Of a DNA stretch of 64,000 nt, positions 1-12,474 are shown in pieces (the first letter of the stretch is position 1; each line of letters starts with the position of its first letter). Both the position numbers and the translations under genes were made by a program. The notes below the pieces were generated by a model. It worked only from the letters and a program-made list of their open reading frames with translations. It did no database searches and was not told the origin of the DNA. Source of the DNA: Mobula birostris (taxonomy: Eukaryota); NCBI RefSeq assembly GCF_030028105.1, contig NC_092384.1, positions 17,243,629 to 17,307,628 of the forward strand, in the 5' to 3' direction.

Positions 1-1150
1 CCCTGCAAATCTATTTTAAAGCCTCCCCAATAGCACCAACAAACCTCCCTGAAAGAATATTGGTCCCCCTGTAGTTCAAGTGTAACCCGTCTCTCTTCTA
101 CAGGTCCCACCTGCCCCAGAAGAGGTCCCAATGATCCTGAAATCTGAAACCCTGCCCCCTACACCAGTTCCTCAGCCACTTGTTCATCCTCCAGAGCATC
201 CTATTCTTACTCTCAATGGCACATAGAAGAGGTAGCAATCCTGAGATTACCACCCTTGAGGTCCTGCATTTCAACTTTCTACCAAGGTCTCTATACTCTC
301 TCTCCAGGACCTCACTCTTCCCTGCTATGTAACTGGTACCGATGTGCACCAGGACATCTGGCTGATCACCCTCCCACTTCAGAATGTCATGCAAGCGATC
401 AGAGACATCCTTGACACTGGCACCCGGGAGGCAACAAACCATCCCGGATTCTTTGTCACGGCCACAGAACCTCCTATCTGTACCTCTAACTATCGAGTCC
501 CCTATCACTACCGCTCTCCTCTTTTTCCACCCTCCCTTCTGCACTGCAGAACCAGACTCAGTGCCAGAGATCTGGCTACTGCAGCTTGTCCCAGGTAAGT
601 CATCCCCCCAAACAGTATCCAATGCTGTATACTTGTTGTGGAGGGGAATGGCCATAGGGGATCACTGCTCTTCCTGTCTTTTACTCTTCCCTCACCTGAC
701 TGTGACCCAATTTCCTGCCCTCTGCTCCATTAACGTAACTACCTCCCTGTAGCTAATATCTATAATCTCCTCATTCTCCCGAATTATCCACAGTTCATCC
801 ACCTCCTGCTCCAGTTACCTAACGCGGTTTGTTAGGAGCTGCAGCTGGATGCACTTCTTGCAGGTGTCGTTGTCAGGGACACCGGAGGGCTCCCTGACTT
901 CCCACATCCTGCTAGAGGAGCATTCCAACATCCTGCCTGGCATTCCCTCTACTCTAAACAATCTGAACAAAAAAACTTACCGGAACCTACCCTGGCCTCT
1001 GCCTGTTCTCGCCGAAGCCTGTTGAGCCAAAGCCGTTCCACTCTGATTCAGTCCACTCCGACGATGGCCGCTGTATAGGGTAGTCTGCTTTTAAACCTTG
1101 GCGTGTTACGTCACGCGCCTGCGCAGTGCAGACCCTTCTCTCCGAGCAGT
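1..1150 (-). mobile_element. CR1 LINE 5' part with degenerate ORF1 (zinc finger, coiled coil, SGNH esterase)
   Basis: ORF 98-655 has VIGDSIVRG, CLPGA, VHIGT and HWDLFW motifs; the upstream TCKKCIQLQLL region contains stops. Confidence 0.85.
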
Positions 1151-1209
1151 GTTTAAAAAAAAAATGACTTTTTCTACCCAATTTCTTCATTCCCTTCTTC
1201 TCAGTTGCT

Positions 1210-2400
1210 TGCTTCGACTGGATGTAGATCGTAGATGTAGTATCTGTAGATTTCATAAAGGCAATTGACAAGGTATCCCATGCAAGGCTTATTGAGAAAG
1301 TAAGGTCTCATGGGATCCAAGGAGACACTGCTTTGTGGGTCAAGAAGTGGCTTGCTCACAGAAGGCAAAAAATGGTTGTGAACGGGTCATATTCTGCATG
1401 GCGGTCGGTGACCAGAGGTGTGCCTCAGGGATCTGTTCTGGGACCCCTACTCTTGGTGAGTTTGTAAATGACCTGGATGAGGAAGTGGAGGGATGTGTTA
1501 GTAAAGTTACTGATGACATAAAGGTTCTGAGTGTTGTGAATAGTGTGGAGAGCCGTCAGAGGTTACAGCCGGACATTGATAGGATGCAAAACTGGGCTGA
1601 GATATGGCAGATAGAGATCATCTAGGAAAGTGTGAGGTGGTTGATTCTGGTAAGGCAAATATGCTGGCAGAATATAGTATTAATGGTAAGACTCTTGGCA
1701 GTGTGGAGGATCAGAGGGATCTTCGGGTCCGAGTCCATAGGACACTCAAAGCTGCTGCGCAGGTCGAATCTGTAGTGAAGAAAGCATACGGTGTATTGGC
1801 ATTCATCAATCGTAGGATTGAGTTTAGGAGCCGAGAGGTAATGTTGCAGCTATATAGGGCCCTGTCAGACTCCACATGGAGTACTGTGCTCAGTTCTGGT
1901 TGCGTCACTACAGAAACGATGTAGAAACCATAGAAATGGTGCAGAGGAGGTTTACAAGCATATTGCCTGTATTAGGGAGCATGCCTGATGAGAATAGGTT
2001 GAGTGAACTCGGCCTTTTGTCCTTGGAGCGACAGATGATGGGTGACCTGATAGAGGAGTATAAAATGATGACAGGCATTCTTTGTGTCAGTGGCGTTTAC
2101 CCAGGGCTGAAATAGCTATCATGTGAGGACACAGTTTTAAGGTACTTGGAAGTATGTACTGAGGAACTGTCAGGGGTAAGTTTTTTTTTACGCAGAGAAT
2201 GGTGAGTGCGTGCAATTGGCTGCCAGTGGTGGTGATGGAGGCGGATACAATAAGTTCTTTTAAGACACTCCTGGTGTACAAGGAGTTTAGAAAAAATAGA
2301 GTGCTATGGGTAACCATAGGTAATTCCTAATGTAAGGACATGTTCGGCACAGTATTATGGCCTGTATTGTGCGGCAGGTTTTGTTTGTTTCTATGTTTCT
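1210..2400 (+). mobile_element. 5'-truncated CR1 LINE (RT C-terminus and 3' tail)
   Basis: GSVLGP, KVTDDIK, QFW..HYR and VQRRFT motifs; ends in a TTTCTATG-type tail near 2390. Confidence 0.85.
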
Positions 2401-2814
2401 AATTACACAATGAATTGCAAACAGACGTAATTTAGTTTTCATAAATGCCACTAAACTAGCATGGCGACCTGTCCTATATCGTGTTTCATCTTTTGTACAA
2501 GAAATCATGTTCCTAATCGGAATACATTTATCATCAATATACATTTTGACTCGTCATAGTTTATCTTCTGTTAATTTTTTTCTAACTTCTTACATAAGAA
2601 AAGCTGTTTAAAATCTTTTCCATTTTTGAGAAACTATACATATGACATTCGCAACGCCTTGCTGTCTCGCACAGTTGACTCATCCATTTGTATCCCAAAT
2701 TCTGTTATTTGTAGCTCATTTAGTAGTTCATAATCAATGTATTCAGTCATTTCATCAACACAACGAGCTGTAGAATTATTACTCACATGAATTGTTTTAA
2801 AATTACTGATATCT

Positions 2815-4406
2815 GGTCATGGTCCGGTCCCTGAAGTCCACGGTCCGGTTCACGATCTACTCCGTAGACTCCGGACTCCGGGTCTTCTGGCTGTCCCTTG
2901 TTTCATTTGGATTTAATCATAGGCACCTGATACTCGTTTTGGGCTGGGAATATAAGAGGCCCTGGGTTTGAGTGTGGTTGCTGGGTTTGTCTCGTCAGTA
3001 TCCCGTCTTCGCCTCGATGGGGTAAGTTAGGCCATCTTTGCCATTACCCTGCTGTTGGATCTGTCCCTTCCTGTCCTTGCCTCCGTTGGGTAAGCCAGGC
3101 CGTCTTTGCCGTTATCCTGAGGCTGGACTGCTCCTTTCCTTCCCATTCCTTCTGCAGCCTTGCCTTCAACCTGTGTCTGAAGCATTTGCCTGCAACCTGT
3201 GTCTGGAGCCTTGCCTGCAACCTTGTCTGGAGCTTTGCCCTGCAACTTCTGCCTGAAGCCTTGCCCGCAACGTGTGCCTGGAGCCTTGCCCGCAACGTGT
3301 GCCTGGAGCCTTGCCCGCAACGTGTGCCTGGAGCCTTGCCCGCAACGTGTGCCTGGAGCCTTGCCCGCAACGTGTGCCTGGAGCCTTGCCCGCAACGTGT
3401 GCCTGGAGCCTTGCCCGCAACGTGGGCCTGGAGCCTTGGCTGCAACCTCGTCTGTGTCCACACCTTCGCTAGGTAGGTCCAGCCGTTTACCACTACCTTG
3501 TGTTATGAACCGTCTCTGTGTCCACGCATCCGCTAGGTAGGTCCGGCCGTTTGCCGCTACCTGGTGTTGAGAACCGTCTCGTCGTGTTCAGCATTCTGTG
3601 TAGAGCCTCGGCCCCAAGTCCAGTTCTCAAGGAGGGGTCCTGGCTCTGTGTTCCATGTCCCTGTGTTCCTGTCTCTCAAGTTCAAGGCTCCGTGTTCCCG
3701 TACTCTAGACCAAAGCTCTGTATTTCCTGTCCTCCTCAAGACCAACGCTCTGTGCTCTGCGTTCCTGCGGTCCTGAGTCCAAGGTTCCGAGGTTCCTGTC
3801 GTCCCAAGTCCAAGGTCGTCTGTTCCTTAGTACCAAGTCAAGGCTTCGTGTTCTCGTCCTGTCCATGTGCTTTGTCCTGTGCTGGGGTTCCTTCGTCCTG
3901 CCCAGGAGTCTCTCATTCTGTCCTGCAGCCTCGCCTAGTCCTGTCTCCCAAGACCACGTCATGTATTCGCCTAGTTCCGGTGTCTGACCCGAGTCAAGAC
4001 CCAGGTTCTGGGCCCTTCTCCAGTCTCTGACTCGGAGTCCAAACCCAAGCCTCGTCGTGTCCTCGCCTCGAAGAACCCAAGCCTCGTCGTGTCCTCGCCT
4101 CGAAGAACCCAAGCCATGAAGAACCCAAGCCATGTCCAGTCCTGTAGACAAGTCATGTCCTCCCCTACTTCCGGGGTCCGAGCCTGAGTGAAGACACAGG
4201 TTCTGGGTCCTTGTCGAGTCTCCGGCTCGGAGGCCAAACCCAGGCTCCCAATTCCCAGTTCCTGGTCCTGGTTCTGCCTGCCTAGCCAATGTCCTAGGCC
4301 AAGTCTGTGTTCTTGTCCCAGCTCTCTAGTCAAGTCCTGTTCCTAGTACTTCAGTGTCTGTGTCTTGCATTTGGGTCCGCTCCCAGCACCCCCCACCCAT
4401 ATGACC
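2815..4406 (+). mobile_element. Solo LTR, about 1.6 kb
   Basis: Degenerate TGTCAT...ATGACA termini (ggtcat/atgacc); flanking TATCT/TATCC TSD; TATAAG near 2951; second copy at 42897-44421. Confidence 0.75.
3255..3447. repeat. 25-bp minisatellite (GCCTGGAGCCTTGCCCGCAACGTGT)n inside the solo LTR
   Basis: About 7 near-perfect units plus degenerate flanking units; explains the repetitive ORFs at 3027-3540. Confidence 0.95.
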
Positions 4407-5298
4407 TATCCGTTTTGAGAACATTGGCGAACACATGACACAGGTGGCATTATTAATCCTTCACGAATTGTCTGAGACTTTCCACGTTTTGCTATCGTTT
4501 TGGAAATGTTATCACAGGGAATGAGACCTCTATCAAGGTCATTTTTCGCTTCTTGGCAAGTGACTCAAGTGTGCAATGCTTTTCAGACGCTTCTTTCATC
4601 CTCTGGAATCAAGTAATACCACACGTAACCTCTTCAGAGGGTTTCCTTTACGGTTTCTCTGCAATCTCGATGGTGTCATGGTTTCATTAGGATCAGAAGT
4701 CAGGACTCACCGTCTCCAAACTCAGTACTTATCCGTCACTAATGAGGCTAAATTAAAATAAATAATTACACAAAGTGCGAATGCCTATCCTATGATGGCG
4801 ACGGCAGCGAGTTGACACGGATGGAACGATGGTAGCAGCACGCAAGGGAAACGTGAGGGGAAGATGAAGATCACAACAGCGAAAATTGCGTTTGCAAGGA
4901 TTCCGAATGGAATGTTAATGTTAGTCGGGATAGAGCTGGTGTTCGGCAGGCGACCTTTATACTATACCAGCTAGGCGACGGACCAATCAACGTAGGGACT
5001 CATAGACCCCAAAGATGTTTCTTGACCGCGCATAAGGTCATTTCAAAGATTTCAAGAGGAATCCTCGTGGTCGACAAGTTTTCTGATTCAGTCTATTTCA
5101 CCATTTGGTTCTTGCTAGCGCTGTGTCGTTGTGCGACTTGTTTCCCGTAGATATCTGTTTGATTGGTAAGGTCGGATGAGTTTGCCGGGTTTCAGACGCG
5201 TTGTGACGACGAGAGCTAATCACCTACAGAGCGATTATCCTTCGTGTGTTCCAGTGCCTCATCCTTTTATTGGGAAATATCTGCTTTATCGGTCGGTT

Positions 5299-7521
5299 CT
5301 AGTGGCAGTGCCAGAGATGTTTTCTTGCTGGTGATAGTGGGGCTGAATTAATCAGTGATGGTGCTGAGGGATGTACTGTATGGTAATATTTATTCGCAAA
5401 GCCAGGCGCGTGGCATTCAAAAGTCAGTTTCAAACATTATGTGCCTGCTATAAATGCCTCTGTTGGTTCACAAGCAACAGCAATTGATAGATCTAATATA
5501 GAAGTGAACTGTGACAGTGTCAACTGCATTGGAGACAACCCGGGCTACACAGAGCATAAACAAACAAACCAACAGAGCATCCGAACCACATCGGACAACG
5601 TGAATCACTCATAAATCCCGCAATCAGCGTCAATTGCGTGCTTTTCAACTGAAAAACACAACACTAACCCACAAAGCCCACTGCTATTCGCATTAGATAG
5701 ACAGACAATGCCGAAAGGTACACAGTTATTAAAGTCAAATAAGGCAAACAACAGATGCAAGGCTTTACCAGGAGTTGGACAAATCGTACTCTGACCATGC
5801 AATACCTTAATTAATTCGGCTACTGAATTTAAAACAAAAAATAACAGAATCACCGCTTGGAAATCTAAGTAAAAATTAAGCAAGCTTAATAGCAGCAAAT
5901 GTAGTATTTTAGGTTTTGCAGGAAACATAGGGACTATGGGGTATCCACCATAAAATAATAATAATCAGCATTTGTTTTGGCGCATTTAAAAAAAAAAACA
6001 CTGCACTCATCATTGATGTTTTAGAAGAAGCACAGTCCGTCTGTTGTTGTGACTGGTGGCGAAAACAGCAATGATATTCTGGATGTCTAGTGCTTTGGTC
6101 CTCCGGCTGTTTATTGCCAAAAGGGCCAAGCTGCTATTCCGAGCATCGCCGCTGCTGTTCCTTAGGTACTTTTGGAGGCGTCTGAGGCAAGAGAAACTCC
6201 GTTCGCATGAGGCAGATGTCACAGGTAGAGTCAGTGATATGCAGATTAATTTGTATAAATCTATAAATGCATCGCGGTAGGGTCTCATTAGAGCTAGAAA
6301 TTCCACTGTGTCATTCACTGTCTGTCCTTGCTTTTGTTTTGTTTCCAGCAGGCGCCGAACCTGATGTAGCTCTGCAGTCAGGTTCACTTCAGTCACTCCA
6401 TAGTATTGGGCCATTGGCCAAAGACAATTCTTGTCTCGAAAAAACTTGTATTTGGGACTCAATGCTTAGACTCCAGTCAGAACACCCCCAGTCTCAATTA
6501 AAACCGTCTTTTCCTTTCAGTGAGAAGCCTGTCTATAACCGGATAGAAACAATGCTTGCAAAGTTCACCAGAGGATGTGACAGGTGTGCGTTCAGTTTAG
6601 GCCTGAACAACAAAATCATGTAGGCGGCAGGGTGGCTGGGCCTGTCTCCTTTCTTGTGGTCTGCTTTGTATACCGGCCTTGACGCACAGGTCCCGAGCTC
6701 TTGCCTGAATTTCACTCCATGATTCCTCTCCCCGTTTTGCTGAGAGTGCTTCGATAATAGACTGAGCCAAGTCCACAGCAGATGAAAGCTCCAAACTGGG
6801 AGATTGTAGCTCATCTGACATAAACTTGATAACTCGGAATAAATTCTCAAGCAGAGTGAAAAGCATACTGCTCGTCAATCAGTCTATTTACAGCTCTGGC
6901 CTCCGTTTTACCCGTGCATTTGGTTTACCCATAATATCCTATAGTGCAGCTAGAATGGCAGGGAGTGATTTCCTTATAGCCTACAAAACTGTATACTGCC
7001 ATGCCCAGCGTGGATCTGACGATTTCTTCAACTCCACGGGCTGTGCAGTTGATTCCAGTTCTCTGTGTCTTCATGAAAAGATCGTGGGCATCAGAGTTTG
7101 AATATAAGTTGTAAAGCAGCTGCACAGTTTCAAAAAATTCACCAACCCGCGTGTTGTACATTGCTCACAACATCCACTAAAACAAGGCTACGTCTGTGAG
7201 CATGGCAGTGTGTATATAATGCCTGTGGGACCTCTTTCCTGAACCACTCTTGAAACCCGTTATTGCTTCATCCACGTTCTCTTCCAAATCCCGCTGCATT
7301 TCTTGTTCCTCTACTTCACCCTCACACTCCTTCACACTGCTGTCGTCCTCATCCCCACTTACTTCTTTCTGCATATCACTTTCAATTACGACAGGCTCAG
7401 GCTGAGACACAATTGATTCCTCTGGATGAGGTCGTTTTCTCACTAAAACTCGATGCATTTTTCACGCCGGCCAAGATAATGCACGTGCCAGGCCCATGCT
7501 AGCTTCTAAAAGCATAATGTG

Positions 7522-7560
<39 letters not shown>

Positions 7561-7832
7561 ATCCGTTAGTCTCGCGAGACCATGGATCTGCGCCTGGATG
7601 TATACTGTCAATCACTCTAGTGAGTGAGAGTGAGTGACATCACCACCTTAAGTGGTCTTAGATCAGCTTAACTGACCTGAGGACAGCAACGGCAAGACAT
7701 TGACAACGAACGAATAAGCAGAAGTGTAGAGTGGACAAATTTCAGTTGATTTCTTGGTGGTGCTAACGTGCTGCTATTGTAATTTCTACTGGTGCTATAG
7801 CACCAGCGAACACCACCTTAGCGCCGCCCCTG
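5299..7832 (-). mobile_element. hAT DNA transposon with ZMYM1/DUF4371-like transposase remnants, internally deleted
   Basis: Imperfect TIRs (ctagtggcagtgcc / cagggg cggcgct); 8-bp TSD GGTCGGTT (5291-5298) / GGTCGGTC (7833-7840); hAT dimerisation motif LPVTSASCERSFSCLRRL in ORF 6010-6462. Confidence 0.9.
7523..7559. repeat. (TG)n microsatellite
   Basis: About 18 perfect TG units, next to a roughly 40-bp probable RTE-type 3' tail. Confidence 0.95.
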
Positions 7833-10239
7833 GGTCGGTCCGCTCTCGTGCTGCATGTTAAGGTGCAGATTATCGTCTCCCCAGAGCCTTGAATTAGTCT
7901 ACTCTTGTGACTTTACCCTTCAGAGAAATAACAAGCGGATATTTGTGTTTTTTTATGAATAGACGAAGAAATGAATAGGGAAGATAAGAGTACAAAGATC
8001 CTGTCAACTACGAACAACATACAACTGTGCATTTTACTTGAAAGTAAATATCAAAACAACATTTAAAGGTGGAGAAATCGACGAGATTTGAGATGTGAAG
8101 TGAATCTGAGATTTGAGATCTGAAGGGAAATCTATCCCAGCCAGCATATCCAGCAGAACAGGTGTGAGTGGCTACTTTTTTTTCCAAGCGTGTACGTTTC
8201 TATTATTTTTGCCAATTTCTCTGCATTACCGAAACTCTTTCAGAGAATAGATTGTTGTTTGCATTACCAGACAGAGGATTTATTTCACTGCCGGTGTTCC
8301 CTGTACCTACTCCCCACCTTCTTTAGTCCCGCACCTTATCCACCAACCATGCTGACCTGATGACCAACAATAATGTATTATTATAAAAGGATGCTCACCC
8401 GGTTGTGTCACACATACATCTACCTGAACCGGAATTAATGCGTCAATTTACTGACTACTGCCCAAGTAAATGCTGGACATACTTCACATTTATTTAGCTC
8501 TTTTGGGCAATTGGGCAGTTATTAATCACTGAGGAGCTCTGTCCAAAGCACCATATTCTTCGAGAGTGCACATCTAGACACGTGATTCCTATAAATCGTC
8601 TTTCCAACGTCTACAATTTTCAGGCAAATGTTAGGCTAAACCCGATTTCCTTTAGTGTGACCATGTGCGCATCTCCTCTCTTTCAACGCGGGCTGGGACA
8701 GGTACACACGTTGCGATGCATTTCTCTCGCCTTTTGGGTGCCCTGGGATTTCTGTTACCGCTATGTGATAGTGCAATTGTATTTTACAGCTAATTTTGAG
8801 CAACAAGCCATGAGTACTGATTTTTTTATCATACGACATTTACTGATCAATATTCAAACAGAGGTGTTATCGCGAGAACATGTTGCGATTTTTTCACATC
8901 TTCAAATCTATATTTTCCTCGGTGGAATGTTGGCAGAAGTGAGCAAGAATAACTGTTCAGTTGCCGTTTTTTTTTTTTTTTACCCTGCAAACAAAGTTTC
9001 TCTCGCTGGTTGTGACGAATCTGTTTTTTTTTTCATCCTCTGAGGACTGTGGAGGGAATATCTTGGGGGTGGGGAGGTTCTTTAGGCAAAGTAGGCTTAT
9101 TTCCTGGAATGATCGGAGGCTGTCCAATGGGGATGATGACTGGGCAGGAGAGAGAAGCGGAATGGCTTATTCTCAATCTTATTTTAAAATTTTTTACCTT
9201 TATTTTTTTTCCAGTGATAATCGCTTCCAACAAATCGAAGACGAAACGGATCCCTTATCTTCCTAACTTATACATGTAACATCGATTAACAATCTTTGTC
9301 TGGAGGCAAGAAATAAAATGAGGCAATGCTTCGGGCATGCACTCATTGATAGTCTATAGCTCTTAACTGCAGTTGGATTCTCAGCTTCACAGTTTCTTTA
9401 ATGTATTTACATCTGCGTACAATGCATGTTTATTTTGATGTGTGGATGCTGGAGTGTTCTTGGAATCAGGAAGCTGCAGAACAGCGTAAGTCAGTTTGTC
9501 AGCCTCATTACTTTTATTCTGTGAAAATATTTAAAAATCCGTGGTTAATCGGGAATCTATTGAGTTGAATAAATTGAATCAAGAATTGTAAAATAAATTA
9601 GTGGTGCACTCATAAGTTATCAATTTTAGATTTCTGCAGTTTTACACAAAGTTTATGTCAACACTGTTTCAAAATTTCCCTTTTTGATTTATATGGTACC
9701 TGTATTCCAAGCCCAAGGGCCTGTGCTGTCCCATTGAACAATGAGTGTTTCTTTCCTTACTGAAAATGAACTTTAACAAAATCGAGTTGGGAGAGTAGGT
9801 AACTCCCTGATGCAGCAGGTATAGTACAAAATATTTTGTTGACTCAAAATACAAGAGCATTCTTGTGTTATATGTGTCTGATTGCCGCACACTGTTTAAT
9901 CTGTAGATCTTACGATGTTTCCTCAGTCACAACTGCCAACAGAACTCCAAATACACACAGACACTGTCATCAGTGGATACCGCACAACTGATAGATTGAA
10001 CGTTGGCACTTTGTTCATTCATGCCGCATGGTTACTCTTTTGTCATATTTCGGTATTTCCATCAATGACCCCAAAGTTCGGTTGGTTCAGAATTCCTCGG
10101 TTATTATCAGATATTCGAGCTCATTGTGGAGCTGATAATGGGCAATGGAAAGGATGGCTATTCCCAGTTTCATGCTTTTCAGTGTGTCCACATTACAGAT
10201 GAAATTAAATTCGTAAAAGCAAGGGTAAAAATAATATAA

Positions 10240-10750
10240 TCTCGATGGATTCTGCAGATGCTGGAAATCTTGAGGAATGCAAAAGAAATGCTGATGTAAT
10301 TCGTTAGGTAAGGCAACATCTGTGAAGGTAAATAAATTGTTGATATTTCTGTCCAGAAATCTTTACCAGGACTGCAAAAGAAGGCGGTCAGAAGCTAGAA
10401 TAGGAAGGTGGGGAAGGAATACAAGATGGCAGGTGATATAAGAAACTAGGTGAGAAAGATTGTGTGTTGATGATGGGGATGGAATGACTTAGAAGCTGGG
10501 AGGTAATGACTGGAAAAGGAAAAGGGTGCAAGAAGGACTCTGATAGGAGCAGACAGTGGACCCCGGAAGAAGGAAGGGTACCAGTGGAGGTGATGGGCAG
10601 ATGAGGAGAAAAGAAAAGATGAAAGGGAGCCAGAATTGGGAATGGAGAAAAAAAAAAGAGAAGGGGAATGATGAAATGAGCATTAAAAATTGGAGGAATA
10701 ATGTTCATGCCTTCAGGTTGGAGTCCACCCAGATGGAAGAAAAATGTGAT
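10240..10750 (-). mobile_element. Penelope-like element 3' fragment (orthologous copy about 47000-47530; shorter tails at 14637-14790, 16890-16935, 53545-53640)
   Basis: Minus strand encodes a degenerate HLGxLQPEGMN/ISIDxSN GIY-YIG C-terminus, then a pyrimidine-rich stretch ending in TTTCCAGCATCTGCAG. Family assignment from recollection. Confidence 0.6.
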
Positions 10751-10849
10751 TATATTTCGAGGATGTTTAGTCGTAAATGGTACCGTGACAAAGGTCTGCT
10801 CAAGTCTGTAAAATTAACATCCTTTGGGATATCGTTTATATTTATGTTG

Positions 10850-12230
10850 GAATCGATTGTTAGGAATGAGATTACGGAGTACCTGGAGGCACAATGACAA
10901 GATAGGCCAAAGCCAGCATGATTTTCTGAAAGGAAAATATGCCTGTCTGACCTACCGCTATTTTGGGGGGGGAATTGCAAGCAGTGTAGACAAAGGAGGT
11001 GCAGTAGATGTGGTGTACTTGGATTTTCAGAAGGCCGTTGACAAGGTACAGCGCATGAAGCTGCTTAGCAAGATAAGAGCCCATGGAATTAATGAGGCGT
11101 TACTAACATGGGTGGAGCATTGCTGATTGGCAGAAGACAGAGAGTGGAATAAACGGAATAAACGGATCCTATAATGGTTGGTTGCCGGTGACCAGTGGAG
11201 TACCACAGGGGTTGGTGTTGTGACCGCTGCTTTTTATGACGTATGTCAATGATTTGGACGATGGGATTAATGGACTTTGGCTAAATTTGCGGATGATACA
11301 AAGATAGGAGGAGGGGCGGGTAGTGCTGAGGAAACAGAGCCTGCAGAAAGACTTAGATAGTTTAGGGGAATAGGCTATAAAGGGCAAATGAAATATAATG
11401 TTGGAAAGTGTATGGTCATGCACTTTGGTGGAAAAATAAACGTGCGGCCCTTTATTTAGATGGGGAAAGAATTCAAAATGCAAAGATGCAAAGGAAATTG
11501 GGAATCCTTATGCAGGACATCGGAAAGTTACCCTCCAGGTTGAGTCGGTTGTGAAGAAGGCGAATGTAATGTTGGCGTTCATTTCTCGAGGTATAGAATA
11601 TATGAACAAGGTTGTGATGTTGAGGCTCTATAAGGCACTCGTGAGAGCACACTTGGAGTGTTGTTTGCAGTTCTGGGCTCCTTATTTTAGAAATGATATA
11701 CTGACGTTGGAGAGGGTTTGTAGAAGATTCACGAAAATTATTCCAGAAATGAAAGGGTTATCGCATGAGGAACGCCTGACAGCACTTGGGCTGTATTCCC
11801 TGGAGTTCAGGAGTATGGGTGGGGGGGGGGAGAATCTCCTAGAAATATTCCGAATATTAAAAGGTCTGATCAGATTGGATGTGGCAAAGCTATTTCCCAT
11901 GGCAGGTGAGTCCAGGTCAAGAGGCACCACTTCAGGATGGAATGGCGTCCATTCAGAAAGGGATGCGGAGAAATTACTTTTGTCAGAGGCAAGTAAATAT
12001 GTGGAATTTGTTGCAATGAGCGGCTTTGGGAGGCCAAGTCATTGAGTGCATTAAAGGCAGACATAGAGAGATAGATACATTCTTGATTATCCAATACTGT
12101 ACATCAAAGTGTATGGGGAGAAGGCAGGGGACGGGGGATGACTGGATGAATTGGATCAGCCCGTGATTGAATGACGGAGCAGACTGTATGGCCGAATGCC
12201 CTACTTCTGCTTCTATATTTTATGGTCTCA
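10850..12230 (+). mobile_element. CR1 RT and 3' fragment (orthologous to 47640-50020)
   Basis: YLDFQKAVDKV, FADDTK and QFWAPY motifs; TATGGTCT tail. Confidence 0.85.
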
Positions 12231-12242
12231 TATATATGTTTT

Positions 12243-12472
12243 GCGTGGCTCGGTAGCGTAGCGGCGAGCCTAACTCTATTACAGCAGCAGTGATCCAGGT
12301 TTAATTCCTACGAAATGGTGTGTTTCCAGGTTTTTCCATGATCGTATGACTTTCTTTAGGTGCTCGGGCTACCTCCCACGGTTCAAAGACGTACTGGTGA
12401 GTCTACTAATTGGTCACATGGGAGTAATTGTGTGGCACGAACTAGTTGGGCCGGACGGCTCTGTTACAGTGC
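12243..12472 (+). mobile_element. tRNA-derived SINE (orthologous copy 50036-50272)
   Basis: A-box-like TAGCGTAGCGG and B-box-like GGTTTAATTCC; same position after the CR1 tail in both duplicates. Confidence 0.7.
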
Positions 12473-12474
12473 TA

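Larger units (their letters stand above)
2398..5283 (-). mobile_element. Fossil hAT (Charlie/Buster-type) DNA transposon, split by a solo LTR
   Basis: Manual minus-strand translation across the LTR gives PNETMTPSRLQ, NISKTIAKRGKSQTIREGLIMP, VSNNSTARCVDEM, FGIQMDEST and IHCVIR, with stops and frameshifts. TIR-like CAGATATTTCCCAA at 5283-5270. Confidence 0.8.

Noticed and set aside
3255-3447. CRISPR-like array
   Set aside because: Contiguous tandem units with no unique spacers, in a vertebrate context.
3027-4333. Many overlapping repetitive ORFs
   Set aside because: Products of the 25-bp minisatellite and other repeats in a solo LTR; the same applies to 43064-44637.
4711-4990. CCAAT + TATA + ATG-free first exon of an unknown host gene
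   Set aside because: Better explained as the 5' region of the fossil Charlie-type hAT, between its TIR and transposase.
6010-7458. Host ZMYM1-like gene
   Set aside because: Fragmented ORFs enclosed by TIRs and an 8-bp TSD; a transposon, not a domesticated gene.
9915-10202. Plus-strand ORF similar to 46705-46935 (also 8582-9043 and 45646-45828)
   Set aside because: The similarity reflects the segmental duplication; starts and stops are not shared and there is no domain.
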